Shown here: positions 26,949 through 37,600 of the stretch, one piece after another
Position numbering within the stretch: position 1 is the first letter of the stretch
How the letters are laid out: every line of letters begins with the position of its first letter
IMG/VR virus record: IMGVR_UViG_3300005095_000123
Location: 1-53,050 of that record
From: a virus
Taxonomy: Duplodnaviria > Caudoviricetes
Length of the DNA: 53,050 nt
Direction: 5' to 3' (one strand)
Notes under the pieces: model-generated
Database searches by the model: none
The model's input: the letters and a program-made list of their open reading frames with translations, nothing else
What the model was told of the DNA's origin: nothing
Made by a program: the position numbers and the translations under genes

Positions 26949-28318
26949 TGTTTTGGGCCGGCCACTTCGACACGATAGGCCGAGGGAAGTGTCCTCTTTC
27001 ACTTTCCGGCTTGGCCCTTCCGCCCTACTTCGTCCAGGACGGAGACGACGAATACAAGAATATATTTGTGCGTAACGTCCTTCTAAAGGACTACATACAC
27101 GATTGTTTTATCGATGTCCCGGTTTATACGTTCGTCCAGCCGCCTACTTTTCAGGCCGCCGTTTTTGTAAATTACGACGAGGTTTTCGTAGCGCCGAAAC
27201 CGGAGTTGGGCTCTACGGTGACGCTCTATTACGGGACATCCGACGAGTGCCCCAACTCCGATTATGGGTTTAGGGTTTCCCGGGATACGGTTTGGCCGGA
27301 TGGGTCCTTATACACGTCCCTTGGGATCACCGGCGTGAAGAGCATCGTCGGAGTAGGGGATGGAAACGTAACGGTTTCGATAGGTAACCGCATATATGTT
27401 ATTTACTGGCCTTTCTCCGAGGTCAATTATTCGACCGTCCCGGATGATCACGGACAATGCATTCAGGCCCCGGCCGCCGAGGCTCTAAAGACGGGGACCG
27501 CCCTGGAGCCCAGGATTGTGGTTCTTGCGGATGAGCACGACGACTACGACTTCGGACGGGGATGGGTTCTCTACGAGCCGGACACCGGCGACTGGATCGT
27601 AGAAGGCGTTTATTCCCGCTACGACCCATCCACCGATCAATCTATGATCTACTACAAGAGGACCACGGAGGTAAGGGAATACGGGCCGTTTGACGGGCAG
27701 GTGCTATTTGCGAGTCGGTATAGCTTTGACCCGGATCGAATTTTGAAGCCCGCCTACGAGCCGGACCTTCTATTGGTAGCCACAACGAAGGCCGTCATCC
27801 ATATAGTAGAGGGCGGGTTGGACTCCGCTTATTACCCTTCCTATCCCGTGTGGGGGCATTATTTGGGTTTTGCTTTTCGGGACAGGGCCGTCAATCCCGA
27901 CAGCGGCGAAGAGGAGGATGTAATTCTCGAATACGGGATAAACTATACGGAGCAACTCTACGTCTTCGACGCCGACGGGAATTGGGAAGTTCTACGCCCG
28001 ATAGATTATTTCTACGGGGATTTTTCTCACCCCGCCCTACCTTCTGGGATAAAATTCAGGGCCATTTGGGACGATCTTTGCCCTTATTATCACGTAGATA
28101 CGGTCGAGATTTACCATCCCCCGTTTTTCGTTAAAAATAATAAGGTTTATACTAAGTTCCTTTATGAGGGTAACACTTATCCCACCACAAAGTTATTAGG
28201 AGATTTTCAGGAAATAATCCCCCGCAATCCGGCGATAGTGGTGCAGGACAACAAAGTAATTCCCGTAGTCGGTTACTGTAAGCGTTATTTTGCTCCGTGG
28301 AATAGGATCTGCTTCTAA
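26948..28318 (+). CDS. Putative tail-associated protein
   Basis: 456-aa Tyr/Asp-rich ORF; TAATG coupling. Confidence 0.6.
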   Translation: MFWAGHFDTIGRGKCPLSLSGLALPPYFVQDGDDEYKNIFVRNVLLKDYIHDCFIDVPVYTFVQPPTFQAAVFVNYDEVFVAPKPELGSTVTLYYGTSDECPNSDYGFRVSRDTVWPDGSLYTSLGITGVKSIVGVGDGNVTVSIGNRIYVIYWPFSEVNYSTVPDDHGQCIQAPAAEALKTGTALEPRIVVLADEHDDYDFGRGWVLYEPDTGDWIVEGVYSRYDPSTDQSMIYYKRTTEVREYGPFDGQVLFASRYSFDPDRILKPAYEPDLLLVATTKAVIHIVEGGLDSAYYPSYPVWGHYLGFAFRDRAVNPDSGEEEDVILEYGINYTEQLYVFDADGNWEVLRPIDYFYGDFSHPALPSGIKFRAIWDDLCPYYHVDTVEIYHPPFFVKNNKVYTKFLYEGNTYPTTKLLGDFQEIIPRNPAIVVQDNKVIPVVGYCKRYFAPWNRICF

Positions 28319-29784
28319 TGTCGTGTGAATTCAAAACCCCTACTCCGCCTACGTTGGCGGACATAAAAACTACTCTCGGCGACGTGACGTTGCCCGGGGA
28401 GTTTTCTTTTTCGTTCGCCCTCCCGGATTTTTCGGAAGAGGAGATTCCCGAGCGTCCTGCATTCCTCCGGGTCCCCGACCCACCGGACCTTCGGAAATAC
28501 ATAGAGGAGCTCCCCCTACCCGCCGGCGACGACTTTTACGATGATTTTTTGCGTCGGGTCATCGCCGACGTAAAGCTTTTACAGCGCCAGATTCTCCGTA
28601 AAATCCTTTCTACTTACACGGAAAAGTTTTTGGAAAGCCGCTCGAAGGAGGCGCAGAGAAATTGGAGCGTAATGGACGGGGCCGCCGAGTATGCTTACTA
28701 CACCTTGCAGAGGAGCGTCCTGGAGGACGTGAGGGCCGCCGAGGCGGAGATAAAGCAGAGGATACTCGATCGGTTGGACAAAGCCGCCAAGGATCTTTTT
28801 TCTCTATTTTTGCGGGAGGATGCCGCCAGGATAGAGGTATTGCAGATGGAGTCGCAGATAAATCAAGCCGAGAGGGAGGCGTCTCTACGACGTTTTCGTT
28901 CCCTGGTGGATGCGGCTCTTGCGGAGGGGCGGGCCGTCGTTGCGGAGCTCCGGGCCAAGGTGGCCGCCGCCCGGGAAGTTTATATGCAGAACAGGAAGGC
29001 CATCATGGAGGCCCGTGTGCGGTTCGAGCGGGCGCTTGCGGAGATAGAGAAGGCCGATCTTGCCAATCAGGAGAAGGCCATTGCGTTCGAGCTTGCCGCC
29101 GCCAACGTGGATCTTTTGTTGATGATGGCCGAGATGGAGCTCCTACGAAGGGAGATAGTCGCCCTGGAGGGAAAGAAGTATGCGGCCCTCCTCGGTGTTT
29201 TTGCGGCGGAGATAGACAAGGCCAGAGCCGCTATCGAGCTCTTTCAAATTCCCTACCGCCTGGCCGCCGCCGAGCTTGCCGTTGCCGACGCAAAAATAGG
29301 GGCGCAGAGGTCTTTGTCCCGCCTCAATGCGGCCAAGCTTTCCCTATTGGAGCAGGAGGCCAGGACGGAGATCGCTAAGCTCAGCGCCGCCGAGAACGTG
29401 AACCGCTCCCGCCTGGCCGTCCTCGAGGAGAAGATCAAGGAATATCAGACCCGGATAGGGGCTCTTCTCGGCAGGTTCAAGGCGGGCGTGGCGCACGAAG
29501 AGGCCGCCCAGATTTACGACTTTTCCTCTTACATTTTAAATGAGCTCCTACCGAGGCTCCGTCAGGCTTACATAGAACGGGACGTTCTGCGGGCGGAGCA
29601 CCGCCTAGCGATGGCCGATCTACGGGTAGCGGCGGAGAACTGGGAGGCCCGGGAGAACTACCAGATGATTACTACCGCCGGCGAGAAGCTGGGGACGAAT
29701 GCGAAGACGAGGGAGATAGCACGTGCTACGATAATTGCGAACGCCCGGGTAACGGCGAATCTCATTCACGTGGTAGGAGGGTAA
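28318..29784 (+). CDS. Pro-rich N-terminus plus long coiled-coil virion protein
   Basis: 488 aa, Ala/Glu/Arg helical. Confidence 0.65.
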   Translation: MSCEFKTPTPPTLADIKTTLGDVTLPGEFSFSFALPDFSEEEIPERPAFLRVPDPPDLRKYIEELPLPAGDDFYDDFLRRVIADVKLLQRQILRKILSTYTEKFLESRSKEAQRNWSVMDGAAEYAYYTLQRSVLEDVRAAEAEIKQRILDRLDKAAKDLFSLFLREDAARIEVLQMESQINQAEREASLRRFRSLVDAALAEGRAVVAELRAKVAAAREVYMQNRKAIMEARVRFERALAEIEKADLANQEKAIAFELAAANVDLLLMMAEMELLRREIVALEGKKYAALLGVFAAEIDKARAAIELFQIPYRLAAAELAVADAKIGAQRSLSRLNAAKLSLLEQEARTEIAKLSAAENVNRSRLAVLEEKIKEYQTRIGALLGRFKAGVAHEEAAQIYDFSSYILNELLPRLRQAYIERDVLRAEHRLAMADLRVAAENWEARENYQMITTAGEKLGTNAKTREIARATIIANARVTANLIHVVGG

Positions 29785-31446
29785 ATGAGCACGTGGATCA
29801 TCCTTCCCGAACCGGACGTTTCCTTTACGCCGTTCGAGGCCGAGTTCACCGGCGGATGGGAGTGCTCCCTCGACAATCCTCCTTTCTTCGAGACGGCCTT
29901 CCGCATCACGGCCCCGGCCATCCCAGACGCCCCGGAACCGGAGATGGAGTGGAAGGTTTATCTCCCTCGGGAGCTGACAAAGCCCTCTTTACGACCCCCC
30001 GAGCGAATAAGCATTCCGTTCTTTACGGTCCCGGAGGCTCCGGAGCTCACGCACACGGAGATAGGGGAACCGCCTACACCGGTTGACGTGGTGGTTGACT
30101 GGCCGGACGTGACCTTCGAGGACGTAGATTTTTCCTTCCCCATCGTCTCGACGCCTACCCGGATAGAGGTGAAGCCGATAACGCTTGACGCCGAGATGGA
30201 GGTCCTCCCGGAGATACCTACGATCCCGGCGGACCCGTCGCAGGTCATTTCCAAACGTTTGGAATGGGCCGTTGACCGGTTTTCCCTGGACGACCTGAAA
30301 GCACTCCTCGAAACCCTTACGGCCAAGGAAGCCAGGTTCGGATTTCCTTTTTCCTTCCAGGGACGGGCGAAGGAGTGGCTGACGGCCAACCTTTACGAGA
30401 TAGACCGAGAGTGGAAGGCCCTCATAGACGACATTCCGGCTGAATTTTCGCCGGAGGTCCTGCGGCAGATAGCCCTCGAGAAGATAAAGTTAAAAATTCA
30501 GGAATGGCTCATTCGGGTGCGGGAGGAGGCGGCCCGCTACGATTATCAGGTAAGCGTCGTGGACATCTATAATAGAGGCGTGGGCGAGCGCCTCGCCCTT
30601 ATGGTCCAAGAATACGAGACGCTGATAAATGCCAGGATACAAGCTCTCGCCGACGCCCTCGACAATTTCATGGGGCTCAGCGAGCTGGAGATGTTTTCTA
30701 TTCGTGTGCGGTCGGCGATGCTCAAGCTCAAGGCCAAATACGCCAATGAAATAACAAAGATTCAGCGGACCGTGAACGCCATTAATCGGCAGATGATCGG
30801 GCTTTACCGAAATGCTTTATCTTTGGTCACGCAGATGGCCGACATTTGTTCGCTGGCCGCCAAGAAGGCGGCGCTCCAGGCCCGCTGGGATTCGACGGCC
30901 TTGTCGTTGCAGGTGGAGCAGGCCCGCTACGCCGAGCTGGACGCCCGCCGGCAGGCCCTCCTCTACGAGTCCGAGACGATAGGGTTGGACTACGGGATCT
31001 TGAACGAACGGGCCGACTTGGCCCTGGAGCAATACGAGGCGTCGCTCGAAGAGCTTGCGGCCAAGCACGAGACCCTTCTTGAAAGCTTCAATTTGTTGAA
31101 GACAACCGCCGACTTGTTGGAAGAGAAGGCTCTTACCGAGAGGGATGCGACGCAGGCGTCGGCCCTGCGGGCGCACGCAAGCCTTGTCCGTCAGGCGGCC
31201 TACGAATACTTGAACGCCATGCGGGTCATCTCGAGCGTAACGGGGTCCTGCGCCTACTATGCGGCGGACCTGCAAGCGGCGGCCAGGGAGATAGAGGCCC
31301 GGACGAACGCCGCCTTGAAGCGGACGGAGGCTTACCAAGACTCGAGCCTCATAAGGGATTGGCTTTACAGCCACGGCGTCATCGCCGCCCAGAATATTCT
31401 TTCGGAGGCCAATATTACGAGCCGACTGGTAGAGGTCTATGAATAA
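29785..31446 (+). CDS. Pro-rich N-terminus plus long coiled-coil virion protein (likely paralog of 28318-29784)
   Basis: 553 aa; same architecture and similar C-terminus. Confidence 0.65.
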   Translation: MSTWIILPEPDVSFTPFEAEFTGGWECSLDNPPFFETAFRITAPAIPDAPEPEMEWKVYLPRELTKPSLRPPERISIPFFTVPEAPELTHTEIGEPPTPVDVVVDWPDVTFEDVDFSFPIVSTPTRIEVKPITLDAEMEVLPEIPTIPADPSQVISKRLEWAVDRFSLDDLKALLETLTAKEARFGFPFSFQGRAKEWLTANLYEIDREWKALIDDIPAEFSPEVLRQIALEKIKLKIQEWLIRVREEAARYDYQVSVVDIYNRGVGERLALMVQEYETLINARIQALADALDNFMGLSELEMFSIRVRSAMLKLKAKYANEITKIQRTVNAINRQMIGLYRNALSLVTQMADICSLAAKKAALQARWDSTALSLQVEQARYAELDARRQALLYESETIGLDYGILNERADLALEQYEASLEELAAKHETLLESFNLLKTTADLLEEKALTERDATQASALRAHASLVRQAAYEYLNAMRVISSVTGSCAYYAADLQAAAREIEARTNAALKRTEAYQDSSLIRDWLYSHGVIAAQNILSEANITSRLVEVYE

Positions 31447-32948
31447 TGCTTTCTCCGAGGAAGCTGTTATTCGAGCACCGGCCCGTCTCTTACTTGCGGA
31501 CCGCCCGCCTCTTGAATTTTGATTATTCTCTTTCGTCACCTACCGTAGGGATCTCTCCCGTTGACCTGATTTTTTACGACGACCCAGAATTCTCGAGAAC
31601 CGTGGCCATCTTGGAGCAGAATTTCTCGATAGACGGGATCTCTTTGAAGATGCATCCGCAGGGATACCGCTACGTCCAGAGGTATAACCCCGACTATTAC
31701 CAAGGATCCTTAGAGCCTTATCCTCATTTGCAGTATTTGTGGAAGGACGAAGGGCCGGTCTTCTTTGCCGTGGGCGTAGGGGTGATGGCGCATTGGGCGG
31801 AGAACGCTCCGCACGACTCGACGCTCATCGGACACGCCTTGGTAAGAGGCTTGTCAGATACGGATTATCCGTCGTGGCCGCCGTGCGTTATGCAACAATT
31901 TCCGTATTTGGTGATGTCCCCGGAAAACACAGAGTTCGTAAAGATAGAGCGGGAAGAGAGCTCTTACCTGGGATGGTATAAGCCTTTCGTCGTCATAGGG
32001 GAGCGGAACGACAAATACTGTGAGCTTTTCTTCGGAGGGGACGAGACGGAACTGAGTGACGAATACTGGCCCCTATTGTCCATGAACTCGACCAAGACCG
32101 TCGGCAGAACCCTGTTTTTGTTTTCTTTTCACACCTACGCCCCGGATCGAGAAGACATAGAGGCCGAGGAGATTTTCGTGCCCTACAACATCCTCGATCG
32201 AGGGAACGCCGTTGGTTCTTACGAGACGAAGGTTTTGTGGGAATCTTTCGGCCCGGACGACGTAGGTAAATATTATTGCTATCGCAATTCTTTTCGCATT
32301 TGGGAGCCCATCGGATTTTTTCTCCTATTCAATCAAGAATACATCCTGAAATTCATAGGGACTTGGTTCGGGCACTATGCGGACACCGCCGCAGATTCTT
32401 TGTCGTGGGGCTATGCTTTGTTTTCTTATTACGTTTTGGACGAGGACTACTTCGACGAGCTCGGCGTTTGGCGGGGATGGGACCAGCTTCATTTATGCTT
32501 CGACGGAGTGGGATGTTCTCCGAGTGTAGTCCTCTCGGCCATAGACACGGGAGGATCAATCGGTTACGAGGACGGCGTTTTTACGTTCGTCACCTATTGT
32601 CCTCGATGGATAGAGAACCGTTATTTTCCTTCTTGTTGTGCTGTTAACCGTTGGTATAAGGAAGGTTACGTCCACGTGGACGAGACCGACGAGGCCCGGC
32701 GGGCCAGGGTCCAACTCTTTTGGGACGCCATTCAAAATGAGGATCTCTCCGTTTTCGACGAGATAGCGACCGGGACCTACCCTTACGACGACGATGGAGA
32801 AAAATATACAAACGACGACAACAATTTCTGGGAGGCCAATGTCGGCGGATTGATCCTCGATCATCCTCTATTCGATTTTTCGGTGGAGACATGGGAGACG
32901 AAGAAAGAAGAAACTTACCACGCCATCCGGTCCCTATTGGGGACGTAG
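31446..32948 (+). CDS. Putative tail-associated protein
   Basis: 500-aa aromatic/acidic ORF; TAATG coupling. Confidence 0.6.
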   Translation: MLSPRKLLFEHRPVSYLRTARLLNFDYSLSSPTVGISPVDLIFYDDPEFSRTVAILEQNFSIDGISLKMHPQGYRYVQRYNPDYYQGSLEPYPHLQYLWKDEGPVFFAVGVGVMAHWAENAPHDSTLIGHALVRGLSDTDYPSWPPCVMQQFPYLVMSPENTEFVKIEREESSYLGWYKPFVVIGERNDKYCELFFGGDETELSDEYWPLLSMNSTKTVGRTLFLFSFHTYAPDREDIEAEEIFVPYNILDRGNAVGSYETKVLWESFGPDDVGKYYCYRNSFRIWEPIGFFLLFNQEYILKFIGTWFGHYADTAADSLSWGYALFSYYVLDEDYFDELGVWRGWDQLHLCFDGVGCSPSVVLSAIDTGGSIGYEDGVFTFVTYCPRWIENRYFPSCCAVNRWYKEGYVHVDETDEARRARVQLFWDAIQNEDLSVFDEIATGTYPYDDDGEKYTNDDNNFWEANVGGLILDHPLFDFSVETWETKKEETYHAIRSLLGT

Positions 32949-33598
32949 CGCAGGCGTTCAAGGGTCCGCACCACCTTTTATGGAAGCTCCGGGCGGGCCT
33001 TGAGGACGAGATGGGCCTCGGCCCCTACGTCCCGGCGATGGGCGAGGTCTATACGTTCTCCGACGCCAAGGGGCAGGTCTCCGGACATGCCTTATTCCTC
33101 GGCGGCCTGGCCGCCTTGAAACTAAAGGAGTATTCGGTAGAACTTCCGCCGGAGCTACAATGCGGGCCTCATTCGGTAATTTCCGGCTATCCTTACTGCT
33201 TCTACATTTATCCCATCCGTGTGCGGTGTGCGCATGGCCACCACTTCATAGGCGTGCAGATTTTCCGCCTCGTTGGCCTGGACAAGACCGGGAGGGAAAA
33301 GGAACTGCGTCCGCTGGTCGTGGGGCACTTCCCCTACAATCCAGGGGACTGGCCCTACGTTCCCCTCATAGACTGGCCTCGGACGGTAAAAACCTACGGT
33401 ATGATTCCCCTAATTCACTCCCTCTATAAGAAGGTAGAGGGCTGGGAGAACATGAATTATCATGAACGAGAGATGGTAAAGAAGTATGTAGCGGAGAAGA
33501 AGGAATCTCCGACGCAGGACGATTACGAGAAGCAGGCCGCCCTCGGCCTGTATTGGTTTCGTTTACTACCTTACGCAATAGTCTTGGAGGAGGAGTAG
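32891..33598 (+). CDS. Hypothetical protein
   Basis: 235-aa ORF filling the operon. Confidence 0.55.
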   Translation: MGDEERRNLPRHPVPIGDVAQAFKGPHHLLWKLRAGLEDEMGLGPYVPAMGEVYTFSDAKGQVSGHALFLGGLAALKLKEYSVELPPELQCGPHSVISGYPYCFYIYPIRVRCAHGHHFIGVQIFRLVGLDKTGREKELRPLVVGHFPYNPGDWPYVPLIDWPRTVKTYGMIPLIHSLYKKVEGWENMNYHEREMVKKYVAEKKESPTQDDYEKQAALGLYWFRLLPYAIVLEEE

Positions 33599-33600
33599 TA

Positions 33601-34089
33601 ATGGCGGCACCGGTCCAAGGATTGCCATACGCAATAGATTGGGATGCTTTGAGAAACCTGATGCGGGAAAAATACACGATGCGCTACGGGTCGGTCGGTC
33701 CCCGGGACGCCTTACGTAGCGCTCAGGCGTCCTACTATCAGCAACAGGCCGCCGCCATCCCCGTGCAGACGGCCACCGAGGCCGACTACCGTAGGGCCTT
33801 GGCTCAGGAAGCCCTTACGAGGGCGGAGGATCTCATTCCGGCCCAGGCACAGGCGACCAGGGCCAGGGCCGATTATCTTACCGCCGGGGCCTTGGGCGAG
33901 CAGGCCCGTGCTACGTTGCTTATTCCCGCCCAGGCGACGGAGACGATGGCGAGGGCCAAGATGGCCATTCCTATGCAAGCCCTGGGAACGATGACCTCGA
34001 TTACGTCGGCCATCAATCAATGGATACACCCCGACGTGCTCATGGGTCTCGGCGACATAACTGAGCTCTTCCTTGGAGGTTTGAAATGA
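33601..34089 (+). CDS. Putative internal virion (ejection) protein
   Basis: Ala/Gln-rich with repeated LIPAQA; ATG 33601 after GGAGGAG. Confidence 0.55.
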   Translation: MAAPVQGLPYAIDWDALRNLMREKYTMRYGSVGPRDALRSAQASYYQQQAAAIPVQTATEADYRRALAQEALTRAEDLIPAQAQATRARADYLTAGALGEQARATLLIPAQATETMARAKMAIPMQALGTMTSITSAINQWIHPDVLMGLGDITELFLGGLK

Positions 34090-34664
34090 GGAGAACGGCG
34101 CTTCCTACCTTTGAGCAGATAAGTGCACAGGCCGTCCCCGACTGGTGGGGCTACGTCGAGCCCGCAATTCAAGGCGCGGCCCTGCGGATGCAGGAGCAGA
34201 TAAATCCCGTGGGGATCATCATGACCCGCCAGCGTAGGGCGAGGGGCGAGATGCCGTTCTCTCCCGGGACGGCGGCCAATCCCTGGGCCAGGGTGAACGA
34301 GCTCCTGCGCCATCCGGCCATGAACCCCCAGGCCGCCAAATACGTCCTTGACTACGTAACGATGCTCTCCCGGGCGACCGCCGGCGACAGTCAGGCCCTT
34401 CTTGAGGTAGCCAAGCAATGGGACGCCCATCTAAAGGCCATGCTCGACGCCTTTACGAGGGAGACGGACCCGGAGAAGAAGAACGCCCTTATGGGCCAGA
34501 TAGGAAAGCTAACCAGGGTGCGTAACATTCTTTATCAGCGCCTCGGTGTTCCGGTAGAGGCCCCGGCCATGCCGGGAGGCGCTTTGCCGTCACCCATGCC
34601 CGCCGGGCCGCAAGCCGGAGGAGCCATCCCTATCAACCCGCAAACCGGTCTTCCGTTGCGCTAA
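34086..34664 (+). CDS. Putative internal virion (ejection) protein
   Basis: Helical with a Pro/Gly tail; precedes the giant virion protein. Confidence 0.55.
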   Translation: MRRTALPTFEQISAQAVPDWWGYVEPAIQGAALRMQEQINPVGIIMTRQRRARGEMPFSPGTAANPWARVNELLRHPAMNPQAAKYVLDYVTMLSRATAGDSQALLEVAKQWDAHLKAMLDAFTRETDPEKKNALMGQIGKLTRVRNILYQRLGVPVEAPAMPGGALPSPMPAGPQAGGAIPINPQTGLPLR

Positions 34665-34691
34665 TTTCCAAACGTTTGGAACGGAGGAGTC

Positions 34692-37600
34692 ATGGCCGAG
34701 GAAAAATGGGGAGAGCTGATTAGAGAAGCCCAGAAAAAGGGCATAGACATCAATCAATATATCCTCGAAGGCGTCCCCTATGAGACCCTAAAGAGCTACG
34801 TCGAAAAGATCCCCACCAAACGTGGAGTTCTCGGCGAATTCACCGCCGGGATGGGCCGGGCCGCCCTGGCCGTCGGAGAGGGCGTGGCCGGTCTCGGAGA
34901 GATGCTCCGCATTCCCGGGGCGGAGAAGGCCGCCGAGTTCTTCGAGGAGAAGAAGAAAGCCCTCGCCCCGGCCCCGGACATAGGACTTGCGGCCAAGGTG
35001 GCCGGCTACGTCGGCGAGGCCATTCCCATGTTGGCCGGTGCCTTTCTGGCCCCGGAGGTGGCCATTCCGGCCTTCGGCCTCGAGGCCGCCGGCGAGATCT
35101 ACCACGAACAGCCGGGGGAGAAGAAGTCCGCTCTGCGTGCCCTCGGAGCGGGGGCCGTCGTAGGGGCCGCCGGGGCCATCCCCTACGGGAAGATAGCGGG
35201 TAAGGCGGGCATCCGGGCCGTGTCCCGTGCGGCCACCAAAAAACCCTTCGAGGCCCTGGCCAAGGCCGCCGCTACCGCCGAGAGAAAGGTTCCCCTCAAA
35301 GTGCAAAAGAACATTGCCTACCGCCTGGCCCGCCAGGCCGGGGAGAAGGTGGTCTCCGAAGGTGTAGCGGGGGCCGCCGCCCGGGAGGCCGCATCCCTTC
35401 CCTTAACCTTCTATGGAATGAACCTGGCCTATGAATACGGCCTTACCGGCCAGGCGTCCCCCAGGGATCTCGCCGCTTTCTTCATAAACACCCCGGAGGG
35501 GCGTAGGGAACTACTCGCTCAGGCCATCCTCGGTGCCTTCTTCGGTGCCGGCGGAGAGGGCGTAGAGCGCCGCCTCGGAAAAAAGCCCCTCGAGAAAGAA
35601 ATCCCTACCGAAAAGCCCAGGAAAAAGATCCCCTACGACCGGAAGCTGGTAGAGGAAAAAATAAGAGAAAAAATCTATAAAATGTCCGACGAAGAAATAG
35701 AGAGGTATTTGACCGAGATCGCCTCTAAGCGTCGGGAAAAAATAGTAAGCGACCTAGAAAAATCCTTACGGGAATTCATAAAGTTCGACAATTTGCCTCC
35801 TGTAGAGCGGGATGCAGTAAAGAAAATTTTAAAGGAGTATGCGACCGCCCTCGAAAAGACAGTTTCCGGGATAGAGGCCGAGAGGGAATTGCCTACGCTT
35901 GCCCGCCGGCGGGAGGAGGTGGCCCGGGCCGCCGAGAGGATAGAGCCGGAGAGGATCGTAGAGGAGGCGGTCAAGGAGGTGGAAGCGCAGGAGCCTCCGA
36001 AGCCCCTCGACAAGGAATTTTTACGGGCCATGAAGAAGCTCGAAGAGGGGAAGGTGGAGGGTGAGGGAATTCTCATTCCCACCGAGTTCGGGCTTCTTCC
36101 TCCGGGCGAGGCCGAGAAGAGAAGGGTCCTGCTCGAGGCCCAGCAAGCGCTGGCCAAGCCCCCGTTCGAGAGGACGGCAGAGGATCTTCTCGCCATACGT
36201 AAGGCTAACGAGCTCGGCCTCGAACCACAGGTCCTCACGCCGAAGCAGGAGCCTCCGAGGGAGAATGTATCTCTTATCATCCCGGAGGAAGCGGACAAGC
36301 CCTATCGGAAGATAAGGGACGTTCTGCCGGAGGAGGAGCGCCGGCGGATCATAGAGACCTTCGACAAGATAGCAGACAGGCGTCGGCGGGAAGTCGTCGT
36401 TGACACGGGCCGCAAGCGCATTCGTCTGGTCAAGAAGGCCCGACCGGAAGAGGTGCAGGCCGTCAAGGCGACCGCCCCGGAGCCCGTGGTAGTGGAGAGC
36501 ATCCTCTCCAAGTTCGCCAATCCCATAGAAGAAGGAAAAAGGAAGTTTAGAGTCGAGCTCCCGGAAGGGGAGCGGGAAGTGGCGAAGATGGCCGCCGAGT
36601 GGGCCATGAACTCCTTTTACAACATAGGTAAGCGGACGCTCTTTCCCGAGTGGGCGAAGAAGAGGGGATGGACGCTAAAGGACATCGAGCGGTCCGTAAA
36701 CAAGTTCAAGGAGGACCAGCCCCTTACCAAGAAGGAGTGGTCCATCGTAAAGACTCTTCTTGAAAACGCTCCTTGGGACAAGATTCGGGCCTACGAGGGG
36801 AGGCCCGTGGTGGGAGAGCGGATAGTAGGAGCGCCGGAGGAGATTGCTCCGAGGGAGATAACGCTCGACCACGTGGCCCGGGAGATAGCCGGGGAGACGC
36901 CGGATGCAGTCCGCCGGCGGACCGCCGAGATGATCTACGAGGTGGCCTCTCAATCTCCGTTTTCTCCTACGGCGGCGGTGCAAAAGCTCTTGCAGATCCT
37001 TCCGCCCCGGATAGCGAAGACCCTTCATGCCTATGCCCGCAATCCCGAAAAGTCCAGGATAGGCGAGATCATCAAGAGGATTACGTCGGAGGACCCGACG
37101 GACGAGGCCGTGAGGGCCGAGCTGATAAACGAACTCGAAGGAGAACTTCGTCGCTGGAGCGATAAGATCTTCACGGCCACGGACTACGAAAATCTGCACC
37201 AGTTGGCGAGGGAGAATCCCATTCGGGTCCTCGAGGGGCTGGAGCGTCTGCGTGAGCGCTACACTGGGATCAAGACCGACCCCGAGGTCTATCGTGGGAT
37301 CATGGAGGATATTCAGCGGGCCGTTGACGAGGCCAACGAGGCCGTGCGCCGGATGCTCGAGGAGAATCCCGCCTTCGACTTCGGCATAGCCGACATTGTG
37401 GAACGAAAGCCGGTCGAGTGGACGACGGTCGGGCCGTTCGTGGCCGTAAAGGTTCCGCTACTAAAGATAAAACACGGAGTCCCGTTGGAAGAGCGGACGG
37501 ATTATAACTTTCTCCGCCGCTACCTGGAGAATCTGGACATGGAGAACCCGGTAGATGCGGCGACGGCGGAGGACGTGCGGCTCGCAATGATGGATCTCGA

